Virus record (IMG/VR): IMGVR_UViG_3300023048_000001 | Coordinates: 110,627-174,626 of that record | From: a virus | Lineage: Duplodnaviria; Caudoviricetes | Reading direction: 5' to 3' (one strand) | Length of the DNA stretch: 64,000 bases | In this document: piece after piece, positions 28,777 through 38,931 of the stretch | Layout of the letters: the number at the start of each line of letters is the position of its first letter | Position numbering within the stretch: position 1 is the first letter of the stretch | The notes under the pieces: model-generated | Seen by the model: the letters and a program-made list of their open reading frames with translations, nothing else | What the model was told of the DNA's origin: nothing | Database searches by the model: none | Position numbers and translations under genes: made by a program

Positions 28777-28863
28777 TGGTATACCAGACGGGATTCGAAC
28801 CCGCAATGCATCACTGCAACTGAGTGAAAGTCAGTCCACTTTGTCCAATTTGTATACTGGTAT
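28777..28863 (-). tRNA. tRNA with TTC (Glu) anticodon on a class II body
   Basis: ATACCAG/CTGGTAT-A-CCA, ACTGA-CTTTCAC-TCAGT, long variable arm TGCA-GTGA-TGCA. Confidence 0.8.
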
Positions 28864-29300
28864 ATAAACTGTTGCTTTATTTATTATTACGGTAAGCAAA
28901 TGCAATAATTATGCATTTGCGATTACACAATAAGCCATACCATGATCAATACGACACTCACGATATGAATCCATCTGTGAATAAATGCTGATACCAGCAA
29001 TCAATAAGATGAATAAGGCTATGAGTGTAGCCATGATTTTGTCTGTGACTGTCTTCATAGAGCGTATCTTACCTTATATTATAACTTTGTCAAATGATTT
29101 ATTTGATCACTCATCATATCAGAACTCAACTTACTATATGAGCTTGGAATTCTGTAGTCATATTTTTCAAAATCCCAAGTGGGATCGAGAACTTCAAACC
29201 AATGATTTTGATCTTTAATACTGCATTCAATAAATTTTAGTTTACTGAATGCTAATTTAATTTCTAATTCTGTTGCCATAAAATAATCCTTTCGGATTAT

Positions 29301-29756
29301 TTATAAAGTGTTGATTGCAGTAGGATGAACGTTACGAATTGTGCGCATTCTTTCCTTAAAGGATTCCACGAAATTATCACGAATATTTAATGAATCGTGT
29401 GCATTCTGCACCTCTGTCAAAACATCCAATAATTTTGTCAGACGAATGTCCTCTGGTACACCAAGGGTACGCTTCATACCAAAGGTTCTGTCATTGACAT
29501 CAAAATATTCTGCATTACTACTTAGAACAGAATATACATTACCACCCATTCCGCGACTAAGGTAAGCATGATCTTCAGCCGAAAGTAAATGGCCAACAGC
29601 ACATTTACTACCATCATTTGTAAGATACACGCAATGACCCGCCGCGTTGAGTGCAGGATGTCCCTGCTCTACAACTTTGGCTTCTACGTAGTCAAGTGTG
29701 TCCTTAAGGCTGACTTTACCAGCGATCAATTTCTTAAGAGTAGGTACATTAGACAT
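29301..29756 (-). CDS. hypothetical protein, tandem paralog
   Basis: MSNVPTLKKL...LDYVEAKVVEQGHPAL shared with 29766..30215. Confidence 0.8.
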   Translation of the reverse strand: MSNVPTLKKLIAGKVSLKDTLDYVEAKVVEQGHPALNAAGHCVYLTNDGSKCAVGHLLSAEDHAYLSRGMGGNVYSVLSSNAEYFDVNDRTFGMKRTLGVPEDIRLTKLLDVLTEVQNAHDSLNIRDNFVESFKERMRTIRNVHPTAINTL

Positions 29757-29765
29757 AGTTATTCC

Positions 29766-30215
29766 TTAATATTTTGCAATAATATCAGCATTATCTTCAC
29801 GAATGAATGCCATTTCTGCCTTGAATTTATTTACGAAGTCATCATGATTACTCTGCTCATCATGTGCACACTGAACAGCATGTAGAGTTTTATAAATACC
29901 GACAAGTGAAGTGTCTTCATTATTAGTACGATGATAGAAAGGCTGTGTCATATCAATTTCAAAATATTCTTTATTGAGTGAAATAATACCAAGCAAGCTT
30001 TTATCCAATCCCTTAAGACCATGTAAGTGATCTTCTTCAGTAAGAAGATGACCAATAGCGCATTTTTCACCTGTTTCAGTGAGATATACACAACTTCCAC
30101 GGTAATCAAGCGCAGGATGACCTTGTTCGACCACCTTGGCTTCGACATAATCAAGAGTCGCGGCAAGAGTTACTTCACCAGCCAAAAGCTTCTTTAATGT
30201 AGGTACATTAGACAT
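29766..30215 (-). CDS. hypothetical protein, tandem paralog
   Basis: Shares N-terminal half with 29301..29756; conserved C, C, H and HD residues. Confidence 0.8.
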   Translation of the reverse strand: MSNVPTLKKLLAGEVTLAATLDYVEAKVVEQGHPALDYRGSCVYLTETGEKCAIGHLLTEEDHLHGLKGLDKSLLGIISLNKEYFEIDMTQPFYHRTNNEDTSLVGIYKTLHAVQCAHDEQSNHDDFVNKFKAEMAFIREDNADIIAKY

Positions 30216-30549
30216 GGTTATTCCTTGATATCAAACGAGTTGAGGACGCGAGCAATTTCTGCTGCTATCTGGTTATAGGATGCCGGTTCTTCACCGTAGA
30301 AAATACCCTTGATTTCGATATCAAGCATACCATACTTCTCGCGAAGAATCCCATTGATAATTTCTTTGCTCTGAGCATCACCGATTACAAAAATCGGTGA
30401 GTTCTTCAGGCCGGTTACATAATTGAGTTCGGTCATATTCGTTATTAGGTTGATTCTGAAGGTACAGTGTACCTTTTATCATTCGATAAAGGAAGTTATT
30501 TGTTGGAATACTGTTAAGCACATCCTCAAAGAACTTTTCACCCATTAGT

Positions 30550-30870
30550 TCAACGACCATAATCTTCCTTCGGAATCATACCTTCCTTACCGGGAATCAA
30601 CTGAAACTTATCATCAATGGAATTGAAGTACTCGGAACGGTTGCAATTGAGGCAATTACGTTCCTTACGATAAACCGATCCCGGCTGATTGCCGCCCATG
30701 GTTCTCTCACCCGGAAGCGTTTCAGCGGTATTACCTTTGTATAGGAATCGACCAGTCATCCCACCATACCAATCATGGAATCCGATTGAACAAAGGAATC
30801 CCTGATCATGTGAGAAATGGACCAGAAGAAAGAAGCCAATGATGAGGACTAAAGCAATGATAATGGACAT
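30550..30870 (-). CDS. membrane-anchored Zn-binding hypothetical protein
   Basis: N-terminal TM, LCSIGFHDW...CLNC. Confidence 0.65.
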   Translation of the reverse strand: MSIIIALVLIIGFFLLVHFSHDQGFLCSIGFHDWYGGMTGRFLYKGNTAETLPGERTMGGNQPGSVYRKERNCLNCNRSEYFNSIDDKFQLIPGKEGMIPKEDYGR

Positions 30871-30877
30871 ATGGGTC

Positions 30878-31186
30878 TCAGTATTTGAGTGTGATTTCAG
30901 TGTAGGGATTAATATCTGTCAAAGCTTCGAAGATAAAGAATCTACCAAAGCTACATACTGTAATGATTTTGAAGTTGGGTTCATCGGAGTGATTACAGTA
31001 GGTAAACTCACTCAGGACGACACATAAAGGCTTCGGACCATTCTTAAGAGGAAAGACATGGTGATCTAACTCGTTGGTGTCTACAGGCAGAATGGGAACC
31101 GTAAAGGTCTGTCCTGCCTTTATATTTGCACGGGTGAAACATCCAAAACCATGAATGGATGAATCATCTATGAAGAAATCTTTCAT
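30878..31186 (-). CDS. SET-domain methyltransferase
   Basis: SSIHGFGCFT, YCNHSDEPN, EITLKY motifs. Confidence 0.85.
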   Translation of the reverse strand: MKDFFIDDSSIHGFGCFTRANIKAGQTFTVPILPVDTNELDHHVFPLKNGPKPLCVVLSEFTYCNHSDEPNFKIITVCSFGRFFIFEALTDINPYTEITLKY

Positions 31187-31476
31187 TTCGGCTTACGACC
31201 CATGAAGACAACATTTCGCGATCCACGATCACCAATTTCGATCAGACCAGCAATACCAAAACCCCAGCGGAACGGAAGAAGCCTTCCCGGAACCTTGGGA
31301 TTACAATGATGGTTGGTAAAAGTATAAAATATACCATGCAATTTCAAACATACACGCCAATTCTTCCACCTGTGCTTAGGAGCAATATGGATAGGATTAT
31401 GATAGGTACCATCCGGCTTCAGCGTGGTAATGCCGATACGAACCAGAGGACTAAGCAGTTTTTCTTTGGTGATCAT
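31183..31476 (-). CDS. hypothetical protein
   Basis: 97 aa, AGGAG RBS, own promoter. Confidence 0.65.
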   Translation of the reverse strand: MITKEKLLSPLVRIGITTLKPDGTYHNPIHIAPKHRWKNWRVCLKLHGIFYTFTNHHCNPKVPGRLLPFRWGFGIAGLIEIGDRGSRNVVFMGRKPK

Positions 31477-31530
31477 GGTTATCTCCTGTTGACTATAGTT
31501 TAGTGAATTTAATTCTTATCGTCAATAAGA

Positions 31531-31780
31531 AAAAAGCTCGCCAAAGCGAGCTTTTTATCTAATAAAAGAAGGATTAATTTTTAATAGCAACCATATCCTA
31601 GTAAAGTATCTTTGCTATCCGATAGAACAGTTTCTATTCCATCCTGCCCACTGTGATGTAGGGTGTGCTTTTTGGGAGGTCGTACAGTTTCGGAACGCAC
31701 TCCATTCCTCACCATTTTGCTATCTCTCGACAGTCTTTGAGTTGATTGGGTAGAAAAAAGGATTAACCTACCGGCTCAAC
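31531..31780 (-). ncRNA. putative ~250-nt small RNA (or 44-aa micro-ORF)
   Basis: Bounded by TTGACA-N17-TATTCT (31787..31815) and terminator AAAAAGCTCGC/GCGAGCTTTTT. Confidence 0.5.
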
Positions 31781-31818
31781 AATTATAGAATATAACTTTT
31801 AAAACTTTATGTCAATAC

Positions 31819-32124
31819 TTAGTAAGTAGGACCAGTGTGATGATTGAAAGTCAGCATTGCATCATGGCTCACCGGCCACAGCGGACAAGCACCTTCATGG
31901 CCGAAACCTGCACTACAAAACCAACCCTTGGGATGGTCATGCTTGCATGGACCATTCTTCTCTTCAGCACGATAGCTCTGAAGATCAGTAAACATCTGTT
32001 CCATAATCTTCCATGGCTCGTAGATGTCCTTCAGAAGTGGAAAGCCTTCAGCAGTCTTCTTTGCCCATTCAATGAACTGGGCAAGCTGTTCGTCAGTGTA
32101 ATTGAATTTAACTTCAGTCGTCAT
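31819..32124 (-). CDS. hypothetical protein
   Basis: 101 aa, C-terminal C/H cluster. Confidence 0.65.
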   Translation of the reverse strand: MTTEVKFNYTDEQLAQFIEWAKKTAEGFPLLKDIYEPWKIMEQMFTDLQSYRAEEKNGPCKHDHPKGWFCSAGFGHEGACPLWPVSHDAMLTFNHHTGPTY

Positions 32125-32370
32125 AACTTTGCTCGGTGTTGGTGAGATTGAATTCTACCGGATTTAAAAGTTAAATCCAAGTACTCATGACATAGAGTGG
32201 AAATGTTCCAATAAGAAGCAAGACAATACTGATCACAAAGTCAATTACCTCAAAGCCATATCCTTTCTTCCAACGTAAGATGGTTATAAACCCACCATAG
32301 AAGCCAAATCCAAACAATAGACCAAGCAAGATAGGTATAAAAATGTAACTCATAATATTTCCTAATAAGG

Positions 32371-32444
32371 GAACTGTGATGGGATTCGAACCCACGATAC
32401 CTTCCCTTCCGGGTGAGTCGCTTAACCATCAGCGTTCACAGTTC
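32371..32444 (-). ncRNA. anticodon-less tRNA-like RNA
   Basis: GAACTGTG/CACAGTTC, D-arm CGCT/AGCG, perfect T-arm; anticodon arm reduced to CCC-GGAA-GGG. Confidence 0.65.
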
Positions 32445-32452
32445 AGATTTTT

Positions 32453-32935
32453 TTAATCTTTACGTGTCAATAAAGCACGTTTGTACCAAGCTGATTTTGC
32501 AAATTCCCAAAAGCCATCATAGGGTTTACCCTGTTCACCCATAAACCATTTGGTGAATTCCTTCTCTTCGTCAATAGAAGATGAAACGTGATTATGGTCG
32601 GGTAAGCCGAATAGATTATCTGAAATCCAAGTATCAGCCTTACCCTTGGTATCAACACGCCATACACCCATTGTGGATACATCAGCAGGACGCCAGATGG
32701 TTCCACATTTTAAACAAGTATGACTACGATGCGGTGGATTGGTCCACTCAGCCTCATATGCCTCCATAGCCTTTCTAAGAGACTCTAGGTCTTCAACTGA
32801 CTCAGTGCCCATAGGAGCATCGAACTTATCAGACCAATGGTTTGGTCTATCTAGATGCTGAAACCCGCATACGGGACAGTGTAGAACCATTTTGATGGGC
32901 GTTTGATCCGTCATATCAATCTCTTTTATTTTCAT
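32453..32935 (-). CDS. Zn-ribbon hypothetical protein
   Basis: LHCPVCGFQHLD...NPPHRSHTCLKCG; 21-bp duplication of RBS/start at 32911..32952. Confidence 0.75.
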   Translation of the reverse strand: MKIKEIDMTDQTPIKMVLHCPVCGFQHLDRPNHWSDKFDAPMGTESVEDLESLRKAMEAYEAEWTNPPHRSHTCLKCGTIWRPADVSTMGVWRVDTKGKADTWISDNLFGLPDHNHVSSSIDEEKEFTKWFMGEQGKPYDGFWEFAKSAWYKRALLTRKD

Positions 32936-32970
32936 ATCAATCTCTTTTATTTGTATATTAATAATTAACT

Positions 32971-33525
32971 CTATGATACTAGTTTATGAGCATAATCAAT
33001 AATGTTATTTAAGTATTGGTCTTCTATAGGACGTACTATATCACCAAACGCAGCGATTAAATTGTCTTTGAATTTGGGATTATAGTCCATACCACCACGC
33101 ATGTAATTATACAAGTATTCAAAGTCACCAGCTACTACACCCTTACTAAGACAAATATCACAGATATTCGATACGTGTGGAAACTTAGCTGGATCATTTA
33201 CAACAAACACTGCGCCATCAAAGTCTGATCCATATCCAGTTGAGACTACGTGCATATCAATCTTATCGTAATAGCTTAGATCGGCTGCACAGCCATTACC
33301 TTGGAAGTATGAACCTTCTCTTTCAGCGTCATGCCACCACACAGGAAAGCGTGCAACACAAATATCGCAGGTTCCTACCTTAAGAAGTCGCAGATTCCTT
33401 AACGTATTTCTACGAGCCCTCCATGAGTTCTTTAATAGCCAATTCCGGGTCAGCTTTAATGATCTTGGCCCTTCAGGCTCATACGGTATTTCAAACCAAT
33501 CAGATAATGAACTAATAGTGGTCAT
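32971..33525 (-). CDS. hypothetical protein
   Basis: 184 aa, CDIC twice, GYGSDFDG. Confidence 0.7.
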   Translation of the reverse strand: MTTISSLSDWFEIPYEPEGPRSLKLTRNWLLKNSWRARRNTLRNLRLLKVGTCDICVARFPVWWHDAEREGSYFQGNGCAADLSYYDKIDMHVVSTGYGSDFDGAVFVVNDPAKFPHVSNICDICLSKGVVAGDFEYLYNYMRGGMDYNPKFKDNLIAAFGDIVRPIEDQYLNNIIDYAHKLVS

Positions 33526-33769
33526 GGGTTAATCCTTTATAAAACTTCATTGCATCAGAAAATTCTGTATCAGACAATGGATTATCCATGGTGTAAACTT
33601 TGTTCTGATAAGCTTCCAGATTGACTAGCTGAATCTCAAATGTATTAGTATCTAAATACCAGTCAATTAGTTCTTTGATCTGTTCATCCGTAACATGATC
33701 ACCGATGTCATCCACCCTCCACTCACCATGAGCATATGATTTATGTTGTCGATACAGAATAGCTCTCAT
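33512..33769 (-). CDS. hypothetical protein
   Basis: N-terminus paralogous to 33790..34314. Confidence 0.65.
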   Translation of the reverse strand: MRAILYRQHKSYAHGEWRVDDIGDHVTDEQIKELIDWYLDTNTFEIQLVNLEAYQNKVYTMDNPLSDTEFSDAMKFYKGLTHDHY

Positions 33770-33789
33770 CCCTAATCCTTATGTAAGTA

Positions 33790-34314
33790 TTACCATTTAA
33801 AATCTTCGCCATAAATGCTCTTCATATGGGTCGTAATAATTGAGCTAACTGTTGATTGTGTCCTTGGTCTAACTTTACCACTTTTAACCGCGTCAGGTTT
33901 TACACCCTCAGAATCTTCATGGTTTAAAACACAGTTGGGATTACCACAAGGGCATGCGACGTATTCATATTCTTCACGGGAAAACAGTCTATTTCCAGAA
34001 GGTGCATAGCCTTCGCTGTCAGCATAACCAGCTTCATCACCATAATCATTCTTTTCAGATGGCTTTGAATAGAAACTCTCAACCACTCCTAAGCTGACTT
34101 CTGATAGCATGCTATCAATAGTATACGTATTATCATTATGAATATCATAATCAATCAACTGAGTTTCATTCCCAGCCTTTACAGATTCTTCAAGAAGATA
34201 ACGAACCTGTGTCTGGTCAGCATCTTCACTGATAACTCTGATTAACCATCCACTATTTGGATTGCTACGGTTAATATTTTTATTTAAATTCTTTCGGTAT
34301 AAAATTGCTTTCAT
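33790..34314 (-). CDS. hypothetical protein
   Basis: 174 aa, CPCGNPNC motif. Confidence 0.7.
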   Translation of the reverse strand: MKAILYRKNLNKNINRSNPNSGWLIRVISEDADQTQVRYLLEESVKAGNETQLIDYDIHNDNTYTIDSMLSEVSLGVVESFYSKPSEKNDYGDEAGYADSEGYAPSGNRLFSREEYEYVACPCGNPNCVLNHEDSEGVKPDAVKSGKVRPRTQSTVSSIITTHMKSIYGEDFKW

Positions 34315-34341
34315 TTATTATTCTCTTATATGATGTTAAAT

Positions 34342-34623
34342 CTATTGGCTTGATGGATAGCGTGGAGTCATATCAATAACCCTACGGCGCAGTCCAATGG
34401 GAATGTCAGCACCGTTAATATCATTCCAAGTCTCGCAACATGGGCACTGAAACGTAATATAATCTTCACTGCTTTGATCTATAAACGTGTTGTGCGTGTG
34501 GAATAGATCAGCACTAGAAACCTCTAGGAGAGCGCCACAGCCATGATTGCCATTACCCCTACCATCGCAGGCGTATTGCTTCGACCATGAACCACCCTCA
34601 GTACCTTTTTTAATGATCTTCAT
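34342..34623 (-). CDS. Zn-ribbon protein, tandem paralog
   Basis: GCGALLEVS...FxC shared with 34627..34935. Confidence 0.75.
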   Translation of the reverse strand: MKIIKKGTEGGSWSKQYACDGRGNGNHGCGALLEVSSADLFHTHNTFIDQSSEDYITFQCPCCETWNDINGADIPIGLRRRVIDMTPRYPSSQ

Positions 34624-34626
34624 GAT

Positions 34627-34935
34627 TTAGTTTCTTTTAGTAATTTCTGTGATCGGTAGAGACATGATCTTATCCCATAGCATGGATGGTATTACAAGTT
34701 TACTTATTTCATTAAGCTCTTGACATGATAGACATCTAAACACAGCCATATTAGCATTATAAAATGTTATACCACCAAATTCACCAACGTAGTAATGCCT
34801 ACTATCCATTTTTACATGAAACATGTCTGGCACCGATACTTCAAGCAGCGCTCCACATCCATCTTTATTTAAACCACGACATTTGGCTCGCATATTCCAA
34901 ATATCATTGTTTCTTCCTTCTTTAATGATTTTCAT
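34627..34935 (-). CDS. Zn-ribbon protein, tandem paralog
   Basis: GCGALLEVS...FRCLSC. Confidence 0.75.
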   Translation of the reverse strand: MKIIKEGRNNDIWNMRAKCRGLNKDGCGALLEVSVPDMFHVKMDSRHYYVGEFGGITFYNANMAVFRCLSCQELNEISKLVIPSMLWDKIMSLPITEITKRN

Positions 34936-35133
34936 AGATTCTCACTTGACGTAAACACAATATGCGTCACGAGTGCTGCTACGTGTCTTAAGCCAATCGA
35001 TCTGCGCAGTACAAGCTTCCTTGGTTGTGAAACCGGGAATCATCTGACTCGCCACCGCTGAATCATAACCGTTGTAATTGTTCAAAAGAATGATCAATAC
35101 CCAATGCATAAGAAATCCTCTGAGAAGATTGGA

Positions 35134-35835
35134 TTATAACTCTTGAGTGGTTATAAAGCTACCATCGACTGCACGCTTCTTACCTTGGACATTGCGTCCT
35201 GCATAGGTTGAGGTCTGTGAATGACAGTTAGGACAAAGGAAGCAAAGGTTATCCAATCGGTTATCATTACCAACACCATTGATATGCTCAAGATGTAACA
35301 CAATTGGCTGACCATTCCATGTATCTGTGATAGTACATTGTGGACCGGAACATTTGTAAGGAATGAGGTTGAGTGACAGGATTCTGCTTTTTACTGTAGG
35401 ACGAAGTGCTGTAGAGTTTTCACAAAATATATCGTCGTATGACCTCGTACCACTGTTATTTTGTGCAGCAGCTTTTCTTGCATCAAAATGTGATACATCA
35501 GTCTTGTAATGTTTAATCAACTTTCTAACTGTTTGAATATTATTACCAGAGAACCTAATATCCATATGCTTCATAAGATCAGTCCAACATATAGACTCAT
35601 TTGCAAGCTGTTGGATAGTTTCTTTTGAATATCTCTTATGTAACGGGTTTCCCATACAATGATGGGAAATATTAATTTCATGACTTGCAATGAAATTTAT
35701 TAAGTATTTAAGTGCTTGAGCATTCTTTATGTTGATACCAAGCCTGCGTAGTATCTCTTGTTTTGATGTGCATTCTGATATAAGCAAAGTGAGTTCACTT
35801 ACTGGCTTCATTCTAATTTTATCTATTTCTGTCAT
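35134..35835 (-). CDS. free-standing HNH homing endonuclease
   Basis: LHLEHINGVGNDNRLDNLCFLCPNCHSQT; adjacent to tRNA genes. Confidence 0.9.
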   Translation of the reverse strand: MTEIDKIRMKPVSELTLLISECTSKQEILRRLGINIKNAQALKYLINFIASHEINISHHCMGNPLHKRYSKETIQQLANESICWTDLMKHMDIRFSGNNIQTVRKLIKHYKTDVSHFDARKAAAQNNSGTRSYDDIFCENSTALRPTVKSRILSLNLIPYKCSGPQCTITDTWNGQPIVLHLEHINGVGNDNRLDNLCFLCPNCHSQTSTYAGRNVQGKKRAVDGSFITTQEL

Positions 35836-35917
35836 ACAATATCTCAGTTAATGAGATATTTATCAAACGTAGAGCAGTGTGTCACGACGCAGTGTATGGT
35901 CATAAACATTAGATATT

Positions 35918-35942
35918 AAAAAACCCGCCGAAGCGGGTTTTT
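35918..35942 (-). terminator. intrinsic terminator after tRNA-Pro pair
   Basis: AAAAACCCGC-TTCG-GCGGGTTTTT. Confidence 0.85.
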
Positions 35943-35947
35943 ATAAC

Positions 35948-36024
35948 TGGTCCGAGTTGCAGGATTCGAACCTGCGACCTTCGCGTCCCAAACGCGACGC
36001 ACTGCCAGACTGTGCAAAACTCGG
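35948..36024 (-). tRNA. tRNA-Pro(TGG)
   Basis: Canonical, loop TT-TGG-GA, CCA. Confidence 0.95.
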
Positions 36025-36033
36025 ATTTTAAAT

Positions 36034-36110
36034 TGGTCTCCACGGTTCGACTCGAACGAACAACCTCAAGCTTCCAAAGCTCGCCATCTACCTATTGATA
36101 TTACGCGGAG
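36034..36110 (-). tRNA. tRNA-Pro(TGG), A37 variant
   Basis: Cloverleaf, loop TT-TGG-AA, CCA. Confidence 0.88.
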
Positions 36111-36124
36111 AGATTATGTTACGT

Positions 36125-36153
36125 ATTATACATCTATTTATAACTGTTGTCAA
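36125..36153 (-). promoter_or_regulatory. sigma70 promoter with nested TATAAATA
   Basis: TTGACA-N17-TATAAT; TATAAATA at 36135..36142 within the spacer. Confidence 0.75.
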
Positions 36154-36404
36154 GCATTTAATATTCTCTACCATTTTCCACTCTATTGGGTGGTGAGCAA
36201 TATTGTAATTATTTAGGACGCCATACAAGAGTGATGCACTTATTACCTTGTTCTTTAAGAACTTGCATTTGGTTCATCGCATCTTGCAATGATTCACCAC
36301 TCCAAACTTGAGCATTTCCCCAGCCATCGTATCCATCATTACGTTCGATGCCAGTATATTTCCAAACAAGAATTGTGTATTCTGTGCCCATGTTATCTCT
36401 TAAA

Positions 36405-36482
36405 TGGTGGCCAGAGGTGGATTCGACCCACCATCTACCGGTTAAAATACCGGTGATTTTGAACCGCTTAAACTATCCGGCC
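36405..36482 (-). tRNA. Lys-like tRNA with 8-nt anticodon loop
   Basis: GGCCGGA/TCTGGCC-A-CCA; ACCGG-TATTTTAA-CCGGT; T-loop GTCGAAT. Confidence 0.7.
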
Positions 36483-37779
36483 ATTAACTTGTGAAACTAT
36501 TTATGTATATTAAACTAGTTGTGAAATTAAAGCAAGGGATTCTTTCGATCAATTACTTGAAGTTCAATTTCATCAAACTTTGAGCCCCATCCACTAAAGA
36601 TGGCATCTGGTTCTTCACCAGTTAGCTCAATATAAGCCTTACGAATGGCTTGACGCATTGATAAATCTGCACCGGGAGGAACTTCAACACCATCTACGGA
36701 GCCGATCTTGCATTCCCATACGAAACGTGTACTATCTAATACTGTATCAGTCATACATTATCCAGTTTAATATTCTTTGAAGCTTCAAATAATTCATCTT
36801 CGGTATTATAAAAATTACCTGTTTTAATTAGAAGTGCTTGTAGCTCACGTTCATTGTACGTTTCGGCAACGAATCCACCATAATAGAAGATGGTTCCGAT
36901 GAGGTGTGCAATTTTCTTATGATCAGGCTGGGTGATCATGGAAGCTAGTGAGCGAATGTATGTTGAGGTATGAGGGCCAAGTGTTGTCCCAAGATCGATA
37001 CCATCTTTCTTGAGTGCATCGGCCAATTCTGTTGCGATAATTGTAGCTGATAATCCTTCGGCGCTCATGCTTAATCTTCCTTTAAAAATTCTGGTGCAGT
37101 TTTCATAGATCATTTAACCTTTTGACTTCAGTAATTGCGTTGTTCCAGCCTTCACGATAACCTCTACGTTCTGCCATCCATTCAAGACTGATTGGTGCAC
37201 AAACTTCAAGACCGATAGGCTTTGGTAGTTCGATGATTTCGTAATTAGCAGCCATGTAATCGAGTGTATCTCTTACCAAGGTGATAAGAGCATCACGATC
37301 AGCTTTCGATCCTTGAATTTTTGCTAGAGTGAGGCTTTCACTCATACTCATTAGTTGAAGTTTACTCATAATTATCCATTAATAGCAAGATTGTTTCCTA
37401 CCTATGAAGCATACCAAGTGTATACCCTTCATACGTTCATTATAACATTGAAGTTATGAGTAGCGGAAACACTCTCTACAGTAGACCTTCTCAGGTCGTC
37501 GCTGAGGCTCGTTACCGTTCCGACTCCCTCAACCTATCTAACGCATTCTACTTTATGCGCTTCGGTTTACTTTAATATGTGATACCAAGCTTTTCTATTT
37601 GATCTTTACCATGAACTGTAAATTCTTTTCCATTATGCATGGTAATAATATACTCATGATAAACAGCAGTTGATCTTAATTCAATACTAGAAATGCTATT
37701 AGGATTAATCCAAATCTGCATATCTTTACCGCCATAATTTGCTAGAAATCTTGATGTCAATCTAATAAGCTCAGTCATG

Positions 37780-38157
37780 TTACGAAATCGTCTTAATGAA
37801 ATTGGTGCAGTCTTCGACCGTATCAAAGCCGAGAGTTACATATGCTTGATTCTTGTGTGTACGATCGATGGAGAATGGAATATGCTTGGCCTGATGTTCT
37901 CGCCAGAATCGCTTGAGGACTGCGGTTTCAGTTGGGCAACCATCATCTTCAACGCATACCTTATCAGATGCTTCGAATTCTTCAATTTGATTATGTAGAG
38001 CCTGACAAGCTTCGAATCCTGTTGCGAATGTATTGCCATGGTTATTGTCAATGGCATTGGCAATCAGAATCATTTTATGTGCATGATCCTCATAGCCATT
38101 ACCTGAAAAGTATTGGGCATGGTCACGCAGATATTTTTCAGCTTCATCAAGTTTCAT
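37780..38157 (-). CDS. hypothetical protein with shared 27-aa module
   Basis: DKVCVEDDGCPTETAVLKRFWREHQAK also in 38932..39207. Confidence 0.75.
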   Translation of the reverse strand: MKLDEAEKYLRDHAQYFSGNGYEDHAHKMILIANAIDNNHGNTFATGFEACQALHNQIEEFEASDKVCVEDDGCPTETAVLKRFWREHQAKHIPFSIDRTHKNQAYVTLGFDTVEDCTNFIKTIS

Positions 38158-38565
38158 ATTAGCTCCACAATGGTTTCAAGGATTTTAACTATTATTTGAA
38201 ACGCTCAGGCATCACTAGCACAGTCATAACGAATACCTAGTGATGCAAGCGTGCACTCATCAGGAACAGTGAGTTCATCGTAATGAAAACCATCACCATC
38301 ACAACCGAGCGAATCATAATCAAACTCACCGTTATGATATGCCGCTTCCTTCTTCTTAATCCACTCTGCATTGAAAGTGTATTGTGCGCTGGATGAGCCA
38401 TCACCATTGTTGCTGATTAGAACGAAAAGCTTCTTTGCCATTGTATTATCCAGTTGTTGATTAAATGTAAATCATGTTGGTAATGACTTCCAACTCTACG
38501 GGGATTGATCCCGTTACCCGTCCATTTTCATGAAGCGCGGAGATAGAGGCACGACAGTCCGTGCA

Positions 38566-38922
38566 TTAATGATTTACTTTATAAACTTCACGATCATTTA
38601 AAGCTTCTTCACGATCAGCTTTGGTATGTTGCTTTCCCCAAGCATTTAAGCCACCGAAGTGAGCATTATAATCTTGAGAACTCTTCTTTAATTTACGTAA
38701 GGAAGTCATTCTAACTAAACGCTTGGTATCTCTATCGACATAGCCTTTATAATCATTAGCTATATCAAGATCATTTTCATGATAAATTCTTACATTCTTT
38801 CCAGAATCTACAACCTGAACATGATGGTCATCAATGATTCGCCAAACTCGTCCAAACATACCTCCATCACGAACACCATCTTTGTTCAATGGGAAGGTGA
38901 TATCATTACGTTTAAATTTCAT
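38566..38922 (-). CDS. hypothetical protein
   Basis: 118 aa. Confidence 0.65.
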   Translation of the reverse strand: MKFKRNDITFPLNKDGVRDGGMFGRVWRIIDDHHVQVVDSGKNVRIYHENDLDIANDYKGYVDRDTKRLVRMTSLRKLKKSSQDYNAHFGGLNAWGKQHTKADREEALNDREVYKVNH

Positions 38923-38931
38923 TTGAATGCC

